Positions 1 to 11,422 of a DNA stretch of 64,000 nt are shown here, one piece after another. Made by a program: the position numbers and the translations under genes. The notes beneath the pieces are model-generated. The model was not told where the DNA came from. It saw nothing but the letters and a program-made list of their open reading frames with translations, and did no database searches. The stretch covers positions 15,004,001-15,068,000 of the forward strand of contig CM052820.1 of assembly GCA_028534125.1 (NCBI GenBank), written 5' to 3'. This stretch comes from Lama glama (lineage: Eukaryota). How positions within the stretch are numbered: the first letter of the stretch is position 1; every line of letters starts with the position of its first letter.

Positions 1-820
1 AGAGACCACAGTTACAGTCTCAGCTGTGGGGCCCTTGGGCACTCACTTGACCACTTTGGCCTGTTTTCTCCTCTGGACAATGAGGAAACTGGAAAGTCTC
101 AGTCCCTGATCTTTTAATCTTTTATCATACTATTATTCCCCTGCCCCCTCACAACTGAATTGGTTCTCACCCTAGGAAAGATTCTGTGTACCAAGCTGCA
201 TTAAAGGATAATCCCATTCATTCCCCCCACCATATTTACTGTCTGTCAATCTGAGCTTGAAGTGAGGACACCATATACCAAGTGCCTACATCCTACGAGG
301 CACTTTATAAACATCATTGCAAGCTTAGCCACCCCAAAAAGCAGGTCCAATCACCCCCGTTTTACAAATAAGGAAACTAAGATTCAGGGAGGGTGAGATA
401 TTTGCTCAAGTCCTTGCAGCAGGCAGAGACTGGATTCAAATAAAACTTTGCCTGTCCCAATACCAAAAGCAATAAAAGAAATTAGCTCCACAGTGAGCAA
501 GGGTTTAAGTTCTGCACTTTGCTATTAAGGTTCCCCTGCTACAGCATTAAATTGTCTCTAAGATTCTTGCCTGATCCCACATTCCACACTTTAAAAAAAG
601 GAGGGAAATCTGAGCCTGAGGCCAGATGAGAGACTAGATTAAGGGAAGACAGCAGAGCGGCTGCACTACACAGCTCTAGGGGGCGCCACTCACGGTGTCA
701 TTTGTAAATGGTGGTCTCTGAAGTTATGCCTCCTGGGAAGGTCATGGTTGGGAAAGGGAAAACACAACATGAAGGAGATGAGCAGGAGGTGAGGTGGGAG
801 AGGGGAGTCCATGGGGTTAC

Positions 821-918
821 CTGGGCACAAGCTTCAATGTGGTGCTGAATCATAGGGACCCCTGCCACAGGGAATAGGGGTTTGGGCACCTCAAAAGACA
901 AAGGCCTGAAGCGAGTCC
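821..918 (-). CDS. GMPPA: GMPPA second coding exon; gene continues beyond window start
   Basis: [33 protein letters not shown] (nucleotidyltransferase signature), 98 nt. Confidence 0.96.
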
Positions 919-1023
919 CTGGGAGAGGAGAGAGAAGCACATTTCAGCTTCCTGCCTCCCACTGCCCCCACCCTACCAACCACTATAGCCCAACCTCCTC
1001 CCCCCATTCTCCTGGCTCCTCAC

Positions 1024-1063
1024 CCTTTTGAGGGCCTCCAATCAGGATCACAGCTTTGAGCAT
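1024..1063 (-). CDS. GMPPA: GMPPA first coding exon (exon 1083-1024); mannose-1-phosphate guanylyltransferase regulatory subunit alpha
   Basis: ATG 1063: MLKAVILIGGPQK|G, donor gtgag. Confidence 0.96.
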
Positions 1064-1876
1064 GATGGCGATACTACCTAAACCTCAAATCCCAACAGAG
1101 AAATCAGGCTCAGATCTCACACCCCAACCAAACCCCAAACCGCGAATAGCAACCTTTAGTCCTCTCTGAAGATGTAAATGCGAAGTCAATATAGATCCAC
1201 CCTGGACACAACACCTCACAAATCCCAAACATCTCAAATCCCAGCTCAGATTCCAGACGGCCTTCAAATCCCACAGTGACTCCACCCCAGTTCTGAAATT
1301 CATATCCCACAATCTGACCCCTAACCGACTTCCCTCTGGCCACAAATTCAGCAAATTCAGAAACTCAGCAATAGACGCCTACCTCAGACCCCAAACCTCA
1401 AAAAACCAAAACCCTAAAGCCACCTATTCCCAATTGTTGTATCCTTACTCTAAATGTTAAGCCCTTAAACCTAACAGTGAACCCTGAATACTGAACCTCA
1501 AATTCTGAGTGAGCCCCAAATACTTAACTACAATCCCAAGAATGGATCCCAAGTACGGAACACTGATCCGCTTCTAATGCATCCCAAATCTTAGCAAAAA
1601 CCCTAATAGGCTGAAACTGAGTCCTAAAACTAACCTCTGGCTGATGAACCCTGAATCAAAAGATAGACTCCTTTGGCATCCCAAATACGGAACCTACCAA
1701 CCCCCTGAGTATGGATACTGACAAGGCACTGAATCTCTGGATTCGGAGGATTGATTGTTCATCCTCTGAACCCCACAACTGACTGTCTAATAAACCCTAG
1801 CCTCACGTAGCCAGGGGTTGTGGGACCAACACAAGAGCGGAAGTGCGAAAAACCAGCCGGGACCTCCAAGTCACAC

Positions 1877-1970
1877 CTCTGTCTACCGGCCGTCCCCTGC
1901 CCTCTACCCCTTCCGCCACCCCTCCATCAGCTCCCTTTACCACTAGTTCTCTTTTGCCAGATCTGTCGCC
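1877..1970 (-). other. GMPPA: GMPPA non-coding exon 1 (boundaries approximate)
   Basis: Candidate donor AG|gtgtga at 1876, just downstream of the promoter motifs. Confidence 0.45.
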
Positions 1971-2320
1971 CGCTGCTGCTTGCTACTTCCGCGCACGTGT
2001 CTTCTCGCAAATCGCGAGACCTCCTTCGCGGAGTCTGCCGGGAACTGTAGTTCTTAATACCTCCCAGCTTTCTAACCAAGAGCGAGGAGGTGGGACTTAC
2101 GGGAGAGCACGGGGGCGTGGCCAAGGGGTCAAGGGGGCGACTCTAAGTGAGAAGGGTAGGGCCTGAGAAGCAGAGGTTGGAATTTAAGATTAGGACCTTG
2201 AGCTGTATGGGAAAGGGCCCAGGGGTAGCAGCCAAAGTAGAGAACCAGGTCACAGGGAAGAGCGAAGCTTGAGACCTGAGGAGGTGTGGCCAGCCTTGAG
2301 GTGGGCGGGGCCAGAGTGCA
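1960..2320 (-). promoter_or_regulatory. GMPPA housekeeping CpG promoter
   Basis: ETS CGGAAG, CACGTG 1994-1999, TCTCGCGA-type (BANP-like) element about 2003-2019, ZNF143/THAP11 ACTACAGTTCCC 2051-2040, GC boxes 2111-2122 and 2303-2310. Confidence 0.75.
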
Positions 2321-2589
2321 AAGCCCCAGGAGAGGGTGGGGCTTAAAGTATACAAAAGAAGAGGAGTCAAAGGCTCTGCTATCCCGTTTGAGAAGTGAAG
2401 AAACTTCTGATCGTGAGAGAAATCCTATCTCAGATTTAACTATCTGTAAAATGAAGCATTGGATTAGGCATTCTCCAAACATTCTGACCCCAACAGTCTG
2501 TGACCTTGGCGTGTTGATCTGGAATAAGTGTGGGTGAGAGAGCATGGGGAAATGGCGTCTCAAAAGAATAGATGAGACGCGGAGTGCCA

Positions 2590-4690
2590 GAGAGAGCAGC
2601 TTTATTAAGCAAGATGAAGCAGGGTTGTCGGTCCCAACAACCCCAGAGCTTGAAGCCAGGGCGAAGTGTATGAGGGCCACTTTCTGGCCACATCCACGAG
2701 ACCGAAGCTCTGTTCCATGCTCAGGCTGTTCTCCACATACACTTCGTACTTGCCGCTGTCTTTGGTCGTGGCCCGGCGGCTGGTCAGCGTCGTGGTGGTG
2801 CTGCTGATTACCGAAGAAAACTCTAGCGGGGAAGAGGGGGATGGCAGGACCTCGAATCAGTTTACGCGCGACCTGGGCAGGAGTAATTAGCCAGCTCTGT
2901 TCTTCGCCTCCCATTTTCCCGCCCCCGTCCCACTCCTGCGTTTCTGGGCCCTGTGCCGCCCAAGCTCTGGCTCCAGGCGCTATCCTTGCAGCAGGTCCCC
3001 ACCCTCCCCTGGCGTCCTCCTCGATGTCTTCGCCGTCCTTGGTCCAGCCCACGTCCGGCGCAGGCTCGCCCAAGATCTCTGCAGTCAGCGTAACCGTGGT
3101 GACTTTGCATGCCTTTGTGTCATTCGGTCCCTTCTGAATCTTCGCCGGGACTAGAGGAATGGAAAGGGAATGCGACCCATTGAGGCACCTAGAGATAAGA
3201 TGAACAGGAGCATCACTCCCCGGCTAATAGCCGGCTCTAAATACAAAATGGATTTAGGCTGGCTGTGTGACGTTGGACAAGTCTTTAGCCTCTTTGGGGC
3301 TTCAGCTCCTCAACTGTCAAACAGGACTAATCCTGCCCCTCAAGTTGAATGGAGGAGCAAAAGAGATACTACAGGGTGAAAGCCCAAGAATATTCACACA
3401 TCTCGCGGTGATTTGGAAATCGCCCTGGGCAGGGAGCCAGAAGACTAAAACTCTAAACCTGGCTCTGCCTCTGACTCGCTGTGACCCTGGGGCCCTGGGG
3501 TCTAGTGACTGAAGCCCATAGCGGACTTCTTAACCTGGATGGAACAGGATCCTAGGGTAGGAAAGGGCCACGGGCGGCCTACGCTGCACCCTGGTCTGTG
3601 TCTCGAGCTGTGCTGGGTCTGGGCCACATCCGCGTCCGAACTGAGTGAGGCCCGACGGTAAACGCGGCTGGACCCGGCTAAGCGCCTGCTGGGTGGTGCT
3701 GTTCTGCGCGGTGGCACTGCACTCCGGGCGCGCGTACCTTCCACGAGGATGCGCGCCAAGTCGGAGCACTGGCCAAAGTGGTTGGTTACGTTAATGCTGT
3801 ACTGCCCCAGGTCTGCCAGCACGCCATCGCTCACCACCAGTGCGACTACGTTCGGGTCTCTGAAGACATAGCGATACTTGGGCCCGTCGCGCAGCTCCTT
3901 GCCATCCTTGCTCCAGTGGATGAACGGGTCCGGGAAAGCCGAAGCGGTAAGTCAGCTTGGCCGCGCTGCCCTCAATCAGCACCACATCCTTCAGCGGCTC
4001 CAGCAAACGCGGCGGCCTCTTCCCGCGCAGTGCCTTCCGGGACCTAGCCGGAGGCGGGTTCAGGGCCCAGAGCTCCCATGACTCAGTTCTGACCCCTCGC
4101 AGTTCTATACATCCATACATGGTCCCCTGCCGATCCCCTCGGCCACTAGACCTTTAAACATGGGGGAGGGGCAGCCACTCCTAAATTGTTACCCTGATAA
4201 AAGTATCTACTCTGTGGGCCACCCTTTCACACCTCAGTAATTGCTCTTTCCTAAGTCCAGTGACCCTAGCGGTACATGACACTATGCTCGGCCCTCCTCC
4301 ATCCCCTAAATGCAAGGATGAGCGTTCTGCAGCTCCAGTTCCCTTTCCCCGGAAGCGGGTTCTTCAGGCCTCCCCCTCACCTGTGGCCGCGGTAAGAGGC
4401 CTGATGCTAGTGGCCACGCTCTGGACCTGGGGGGTCGTTGATATCCACGGGACATCCCGGAGGCCGGGCTGCAGCCGCTGGTTTTTTGGCAGGAGCTGCT
4501 TTGGACATCTGGGGAGCAGAAAACAAAGAAGGGGGTCTAGGCTAACACAGGACTCTGACCTTCAGCCTTTTCCCTGCAGGTTCAGAACATCCCCTGAAAT
4601 GGGTGTGTCTAGACTCACCGTGAAGGGACTTGGGTCGACTAACTGGGTAGCAGGTGGCACGGAGCCCTTCCAGATGGCACAGCAGGATCA
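2590..4690 (-). pseudogene. SPEGNB: SPEGNB (SPEG neighbor; IQ plus 2 Ig) unitary pseudogene; exons about 4690-4619 (non-coding), 4508-4381, 4043-3738, 3150-3009, 2822-about 2590
   Basis: MSKAAPAKKP..., QASYRGHRSRK, KDVVLIEGSAAKLT, GEPAPDVGWTKDGEDIEED and DSGKYEVYVENSL are recognisable, but there are frameshifts, an in-frame TAG, a GG donor and a lost stop. Confidence 0.85.
2601..2606 (-). terminator. SPEGNB polyadenylation signal AATAAA
   Basis: About 80 nt downstream of the ancestral stop position (2685-2683). Confidence 0.65.
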
Positions 4691-4694
4691 TGGA

Positions 4695-4935
4695 CAGGTA
4701 TTTAGCTCCAGGCCCAGGTTTTATACATCACTCCCCTCCTTGCCTTGTTTGATGTGGTTGCCCCAAGCCCCTGGGGACCCCAGCCCCTGCCCCCAACCCA
4801 AGCAGTCTCTTTATTTAGACTGAGGATGCCTGAGATGCTGGCTCAGCCACTGAGGCAAATCCCAGGGTGGGGGTAATCCAAGAAGCTCTGGGGTGTACCA
4901 CGTGTCAGTGCCAGGACAGCTGGGCAGCTGAAAGT
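4695..4935 (-). promoter_or_regulatory. Muscle-type promoter of SPEGNB
   Basis: TATAAAA 4725-4719, MEF2-like CTAAATAAAG 4818-4809, CACGTG about 4899, two CAGCTG E-boxes at 4917-4931. Confidence 0.55.
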
Positions 4936-6952
4936 GGCCCCATCCCTTCCTAGAGCAAGCAGTATCCATCCTGCTGCCAGGAGGATCAGACAAGGCCTCA
5001 AGTCGACAAGAGATTCCTGCTGGGACAGTTTACACTGAGGTCAGTCCCTGGACACTGGGACAACATGCCCTTCCTGAGACACAGTTGGTTAAGGCGTGTG
5101 AGTGTTTGTGGAGGTGTCCTTGAATGAAGCCAGTGTAGCAATGGGCTTCACTGTCCATCCAGACTAATTATGAGAAGGCCATGTGGCAATCTGAAAGTGC
5201 CTTTATTCTCCCCCACCTCAGGAGTCAAAGGTTGTCATTTCCAGACTGTGCCTCCTGATGGTAAACTGAGAAAAACCTAGAGAGGACCTTAAAGATTTTT
5301 GAGAACAGCATCCCCTGCTGCCACCCCATTCCCACTCACTCCCCTTCATGTGACATGGTAGGGTCTGGCTGGGCCACACTGTCCCTGGAGATTGGCACTA
5401 ACACTGACTCCAATACTCTAGGTCTGCCCAAGCTCCCTCTCCAGGCATAAACTGGTGCATAGGGGCATCAGACCACCTGGGGTAAAGGGGTTAAGTTAAC
5501 CCTTCTGGGACTCACCTGGAGTCCAGTCTGCCCAAGCTAGGGCACCAGGTAATACTTGCTTCCATTCACTGTAACTGCCCGCCAAGGTGCAGAGCGCTGT
5601 CACCTTTTGATCAGAGCAATTTTGACATGGCTCTGCTGACATAAATTACCTTTGCTCCTCCGGGTTTGGAACAAGCAGTTCACATGCCATTTCCAATGGA
5701 GATGAGAAGGAGGCTCAAGATCAGAGGTGGGACAGGAGAGGAATTTTACCATTTATCAAGATATGAGTTCAGGCACCTCATTTTTATATGAAAACATTTG
5801 CAGTGTGTAGGGGATTAGAGATTCTCACAGGCAAACTGTATATCTTCATCGCTAAAATGGCAGGTGGGAAAGATGTCTCTCTGGTCCCTTCCAACTGGCT
5901 TTAATATCCTGTTATTTTTTGATGATGGGGCTTGCCTCTTCTCTGGGGCCTTGAGAAGCCAGAGAGGCTGGGCTGGGCTGGGCTGGGCAAGAGGTTGTTT
6001 GGGCTACAACCAAGCGGCCCTCAACCTTGATCAGCAATACACCAGCACCAGCTCCCTCTGCTCATGGGGTAAAGCTTTATTCCTTTTACTTTGCCAGGAA
6101 CAGTTTTCAAGGTGGAGACGGGCAGGGGGAACAGTCCTTCTGGACACAAGAACTGACTCCCTTTCCCCACACCTCCAGGCAGGGCAGCTCAGTTTTAGGA
6201 CCCAGTGACCATTCTGTGGCACTGCAGGAGGGCAGGTAGAGTCAAGGTCCCTTAGCACCCACTGCCCCCTCCCCGCTCCCGGCTTGCTATGGGAATTAGA
6301 AGGTCCAGACTGAGTGTCCCTGGGACCTAGGAAAACACTTGTCTACAGCTCCATCACAGCAGACACGCGGACCAGAGCACTCACAACTGCCCTGTGTTGC
6401 TGGTGCCCTGGGTGTCCTGATTGGTGCTCTAACACAGAACGTGGACACATGGGCCAATCCTGGTTTTCTTTACAGCTCTTCACACCACCTGCTCTTGCCT
6501 ACTATCATGATGAAACTCCCTCTGCTCCAGGGCTTAGGACCAGAGCTGGCCTGCCTCCCAAGCAGAATGAAGAAGGCTGAGCCAGGATTGGGGTGTGGGC
6601 TGGTCCATTCCAGACCCCAGCATCCTCCCAGTTGTGATGATGGAACATGTGAGAAGAGGTGGGGGCCACCAGAGTCTGGTTAGAGGGTGATGGTGGGGAT
6701 TCAGTGGTCCTGCCAGGATTCCAGAAACTTCAGAGGGAGAAACAGACCAGTGTCTCTCTTCCCTCTAGGAATGAAGGAGAGGTGAGGGACCAGGAGGATC
6801 GGGGACAGGGGAGGAAGGTCCCAAGGGGCTAGCTGGTATACCTTGGCTCTCACTGGCTCAGATAAGGCTGGAATGACCCTGTCCCAACACTCCCTGTACC
6901 CCCAGCCACCCCTCCCCATAGACTACACACATAGGTCCTGCTGCTTGCCGTT

Positions 6953-6958
6953 TTTATT
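6953..6958 (-). terminator. SPEG polyadenylation signal AATAAA
   Basis: About 840 nt downstream of the stop; U-rich (TATT)n tract at 7071-7085 upstream, GU-rich element downstream. Confidence 0.8.
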
Positions 6959-7797
6959 TTCCTTGTGACAGACAGACAGACAGCTGCACAGACAGCTGGA
7001 TGGCTGGGGGGATGGTCAGGACAACATGGGCATTAGGGATTGGATGGTAGGGAGACTTCATAAAAGTCAATAAATAAATAAATATGAATGGGAAGAAGGG
7101 TGAAGGCCACAGAGGAGTGGTGGGGACATCTTTGGGCCAGTAGAGTGCCCAGACCTGCATCCACTGGGATAGGAGGAGAGTGCCACGTGAGTGACCACTA
7201 CCTCCAGCCTCTAGCCCTCCATCCTTCTCCTTCTGGGGATGCTGGCAGCTGGCCCACCCCACCCTGGCCTGTGTCCTCTCTCCTCTCCCTCCCCCACCTT
7301 GCTGCCCTCTCTCACACAATGGCTATGGCTCCTTGGCCTGTCTCCTTGCCCTGTCCCTGCTTCACTGACACTCCCAGCCCATGGCCTGTTGACACCCTGG
7401 GCTCCTCCCTTCTCCTCTCCAGCAACTCACACCTTCCTGGGTTGGTTCTCCCCCAGATTCATTGTCTCCCTCCCCCAGAACCTTCCTCGAGTCTCCCCCT
7501 CCCTATCTCTCAGCTTCTCCTCATCACTCTCCCATTTCCCCTTCTTGCCCCTCTTCCTGCTCCTGACCCCACCCAGCCTGGCCAGTGGGTCTCTCGCTCT
7601 GGCTCTGGCCCGGTGGCATTGGCCACAGCCCAGAGTCTCTGTCCCCGCAGGTCCATGAGGTAATAGCCCGGCCGGATGTTGCTGCTGGTGGTGTCCGAAG
7701 CCCCGGGCCCACCCGGCTCAGCATGGGCCCTGGAATGTCCCGCAGCATCAGCGGGAACCCCGAGTCAAAGCCCGAGGCCCGGCTGTGGTTCGAGCCG

Positions 7798-7990
7798 CTA
7801 GGGGTTGCCTGGGTAGGAGCGCAGCAGCACCTTGTGACGGGTGGCAGCCTCGGCCCGGCGGCGCCGCTGCTCGCCCAGGAACTCCTTGAGCCGGTTGGTG
7901 GTGAAGGTGAGCGTCTGGCGGCGCAGCTTCATCAGGTAGGCGTCCTGCAGCCACGGATGGGCCAGACAGTCCTGCAGGGAGGGCCGGCTC
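7798..7990 (-). CDS. SPEG: SPEG exon 41 coding part with stop
   Basis: [15 protein letters not shown]...RSYPGNP*, 193 nt. Confidence 0.96.
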
Positions 7991-8207
7991 CTGCCAGGCC
8001 AAGCCGGGGACCGTGAGCCAGGACAGATGGGCCCCAGACCAGGGCGGGGCCCCACCTGGGCGGGGCCCCACCCTCCCAGAGATGGGGGCCCCAATCCTGG
8101 ATTCATCCCTGGTAAGTGATCTTGGGCAACTCTGGGGCTCAGTTTCCCAATCTCTGGAATGAGGACAGTGATTCTGCCTATGTCCAGGACTGTTATGGGC
8201 TTTAAAT

Positions 8208-8268
8208 GGTAGTAGTACAACCACTTAGTAGTAGTGGTAATAGTAATAGTAATAGTAGTAGCAACAGC
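8208..8268. repeat. (TAG/TAA)n trinucleotide microsatellite, intron 40
   Basis: Directly visible. Confidence 0.85.
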
Positions 8269-8346
8269 AGCCACAGTGTATTATTAGGCATGGGCTAGGC
8301 AGGGGCAGGTCATGCTGGGAGGTTGGCAGGTGTGGGACCCACTCAC

Positions 8347-8496
8347 CAGGGATGTACTGAGAGGACCTTTCGCAAGAAGAGGGTGGCGCTCTGGGACGTG
8401 TTGGGGTACAGCTGGAAGGCATCAAATCGACCCCCCACAATGCGAGCCTCTGTTTCCTGGGGGTCTGTCTCGTAGAACGGGGAGCGTCCACTGAGC
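8347..8496 (-). CDS. SPEG: SPEG exon 40
   Basis: [13 protein letters not shown]...KVLSVHP, 150 nt. Confidence 0.95.
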
Positions 8497-8615
8497 CTGC
8501 GGTGGAGACAGTTCAACTGACATATGCAAATTGAGGGTTACAGAGCCAGGGGGACATTAGTGTGGGGGTTCTTAGGGACACAGAGCTCAGAGACAAGGCT
8601 ACTCGCACCTGGGCA

Positions 8616-8618
<3 letters not shown>

Positions 8619-8653
<35 letters not shown>
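8619..8653. repeat. (GT)n microsatellite, intron 39
   Basis: Directly visible. Confidence 0.95.
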
Positions 8654-8654
<1 letters not shown>

Positions 8655-8735
8655 ACCAGTGTGCACATGCATGTGTGGCTAGGGAGGTGGGTGGGGGAGA
8701 GGGTGCAGGTAGAAGGTGGTCCCAAGGGCACTCAC

Positions 8736-8811
8736 ATGATGTACGTCAGCACACCTACTCCCCATATGTCCGTAGCAGAGCCGATGGGGTCTCCCTTCAC
8801 CATCTCAGGAG
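8736..8811 (-). CDS. SPEG: SPEG exon 39
   Basis: [25 protein letters not shown], 76 nt. Confidence 0.95.
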
Positions 8812-9625
8812 CTGACAGGAGACAAGAGGCCAAATTGAACCAGCTTCCTGGTGGCAAGGGAGCAGGGAGGGGCAGAAGAGGTCCCTAGGGGCTTGAGGAC
8901 CAGGATGCCCAGGTCACCAGACCATGGGTAGGACCAGAATAGCAATCCCTGGATGCCAGTGGGCAGAGTGGCCCCTGGGGAGACGTAGGGCACTGAATGG
9001 TGCGAGGGGAGTTGGGGGTCACCAGAACTGCAGAGGAGCTGAGAACCAGGGTCACTAGGTCCCTCAGATCAGCTCCAAAGTAGGGTTCCCAAACAGCGTG
9101 GCTAACACTTGAGATTAAGACCCTTTGAAATCAGCTTGGCTGGCTCTAATCCCAGGCCTGCCCCTTCTAGCTCCAGGACCCTGGGCAATGTACTAGACCT
9201 GCCTGGCTCTCCATCCCCTCATCTGTAAAGGGTGGCTTGCAGAGTAACTCTAAGGAATGGAGATAATAAACAGAAAGTATTTAGCAGGTAGCTAAATGGT
9301 AGATGGTTTCCCTGATTTATAGAAATTAATAATTGACTCTCCTGTTTTTCCAGCTTTATCAAATACCTGGCTCTACCATTTATAACTGTCTGATGTTAGA
9401 CAAATACTTAACCTCAATGCACCTCTGTTCCCTTATCTGTAAAATGGGGGTGATATGCCAGTTTCAAGGGTTACTGTAAAGAGAAATTTTTTTTAAATCC
9501 ATGGAAAGGACTTAATTCAGTGCTTGCATATAAATGGCACGTGTGTGAGCGAAGTGGGGTAAGCCCTGGTTGCTGCCCCTTTGGCAGTGACCCAACCCCA
9601 ACCCTGGCTGGCACGGTGCCCTCAC

Positions 9626-9849
9626 CCATGAACTCCAGTGTGCCCGTGCGGTGGCCAAGGGGCCGCAGGGCCTGGGGGTTGTAGGGCTGGGCGCTGCCAA
9701 AGTCCACGATCTTGAGGGCGTTGTCAGGGGCCAGCAGCAGGTTGTCTGGCTTGATGTCCAGGTGCAGCACATGGCGGCCATGGAGGTAGTCCAGGCCTTG
9801 TAGCAGCTGCACCACATAGGTGGCCACGTCATCCTCTGAATACCGGAAC
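9626..9849 (-). CDS. SPEG: SPEG exon 38 ([11 protein letters not shown])
   Basis: RFRYSEDD...GTLEFM, 224 nt. Confidence 0.96.
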
Positions 9850-9933
9850 CTGGAGAGGTGGGGGAGGGAACAGGTGATATCTGAGCCCAGCTCTCCCCAC
9901 CCTCCCTCCCTGCTCCCCTAGAAGGCCCAGTAC

Positions 9934-10173
9934 CTGTCACTGAGCCCACAGAGGAGTTCCCGGTTGCCGCAACTCTCAGCGATGAGCACGAGGTAGCGTG
10001 GGGTGATGTAGGCCTCGTGCAGCGACATGAGCCGCTCGTGGTGCAGCGTCCGCAGCACCTCATACTCCTGCAGGACCCGCCGCTTGCCCTCGGCCGCATA
10101 GGGGACGATCTTGGCCACGAACGTTCGCCCAGTGGCATTCTCCCGGCAGGCGCGCACTACTCCAAAGCGGCCC
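9934..10173 (-). CDS. SPEG: SPEG exon 37 (kinase 2 N-lobe)
   Basis: [10 protein letters not shown]...FVAKIVP...LLCGLSD, 240 nt. Confidence 0.96.
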
Positions 10174-10289
10174 CTGGGTGTTGGGTGGAGATAGCACAGG
10201 CTCAGAGGAGAGAGGGAGACACCTCCATGGTGAGGGCTAAGCAAGGGGGAGCAGGTATCCCCTGGGGGCAAGAATGCAGTGTGGGGTCT

Positions 10290-10510
10290 GGAGTTCAATC
10301 CTAGGAACCTGGGTTTGAGTCCCAGCTCTGCCACTTACTGACTTAGTCCCTGAGGCAAATCCCATAACCTCTCCTCTCTAACCTCAGTTTTCCCATCTGT
10401 GAAATGGAATAATGCAGTGTCTCCCTCTCAGTTGTGAAAATTAAATGAGATCAAATAGCTAAGAGCTTAGCATGGTGCCTGGCACAAAGAAAATCTGAAC
10501 TTAATGGTGC
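10290..10510 (+). mobile_element. MIR SINE (similar copies at about 9100-9490, 14700-14880, 18600-18760, 29680-29850, 59110-59310)
   Basis: Core CCTCAGTTTTCCCATCTGTGAAATGG. Confidence 0.75.
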
Positions 10511-10676
10511 TAAGGACCCAGATCTCCGTGCTTCCTGCCTTTGCCCCACCCCTTCTCCCACTCCCCCACACCAGGCCCAGGCAGGCTGGTCTTCCCTCTG
10601 AATCCCTGTGTCGCCAAAGTTCCACCCACTCCCCACTTCTGTCCTCCTTCCCTTTCCCAGCCCTGGCCCCACTTGC

Positions 10677-11292
10677 CTGGCCTTCTCCTCCAGGAAGGTG
10701 TAGGGTTTCTGAGGGAGGCCCTGTCGCAGAGTGGTACCCTCTGGCCTGGAAGAGCTAGGAGGACCACCTCCAGGAGAGCTGACCACCTCCTTGGCTGGAC
10801 TGAGGCTCTGCACAGTCACCTTGGTGGGCTCAGGAGGGGGCTCAGGGGCTGGGGGCTCGGGGGCTGGTGGTGCAGACACAAAGGAGGTCACCACATACAA
10901 GGGAGTTGAGGAAGATGTTGCTTTTACCCCTTGAGGGGTGGAGGCTGGGGTCGGGGTCCCAGTGTCAGGGACGGAAGACTTGGGCTCACTTGGAGAGACC
11001 TGGGCACTGGGTGGGGTAGGCTCTACTTGCTGGGCAGCCTGCAGACCCCTGTGCTTTCGTGGGGGGGTTTGGGGTGGTGGACCCATAGCCTTGAGTGAGG
11101 ACAAGGCTTGGTTGGGGGGTGATGGGGAAGATGAGGGGCCAAGAGGGACTGATTGGGGGCCTGGGGGAGCAGGAGCTGGGGAGGGGCTCGGTGAAGGGGC
11201 CAGTGAGGTAGGAGAGTCAGGAGGCGGGGCCCTGGCTGGCCCTGAGGTAACAGGGGCATCTCGGTGAGCAGCAGATGGCAGAGCTGAGGAAT
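10677..11292 (-). CDS. SPEG: SPEG exon 36 (Pro-rich, start of kinase 2)
   Basis: [10 protein letters not shown]...[10 protein letters not shown], 616 nt; donor AG|gcaagt (GC-AG intron). Confidence 0.92.
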
Positions 11293-11422
11293 CTGAGCGG
11301 AGATAGAGAAAATCATCACCATGGTGCTCTGGGGGCAAAACTAGGTGCTCTGAGGAGGGGGTGTGCCCTGGGCTCAGTGTTCTCTGCCCTCTTTGTCCAC
11401 CACCCTACCCTGTCCCACTGAC

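Noticed and set aside
2129-3073. 314-aa ORF as an independent gene
   Set aside because: Chimera of a SPEGNB exon, retained intron, an out-of-frame last exon and intergenic sequence; starts at TTG.
5000-6700. Scattered splice-like and AATAAA motifs between SPEG and SPEGNB suggesting another gene or antisense lncRNA
   Set aside because: No consistent exon chain or coding signal; a lncRNA cannot be supported from sequence alone.
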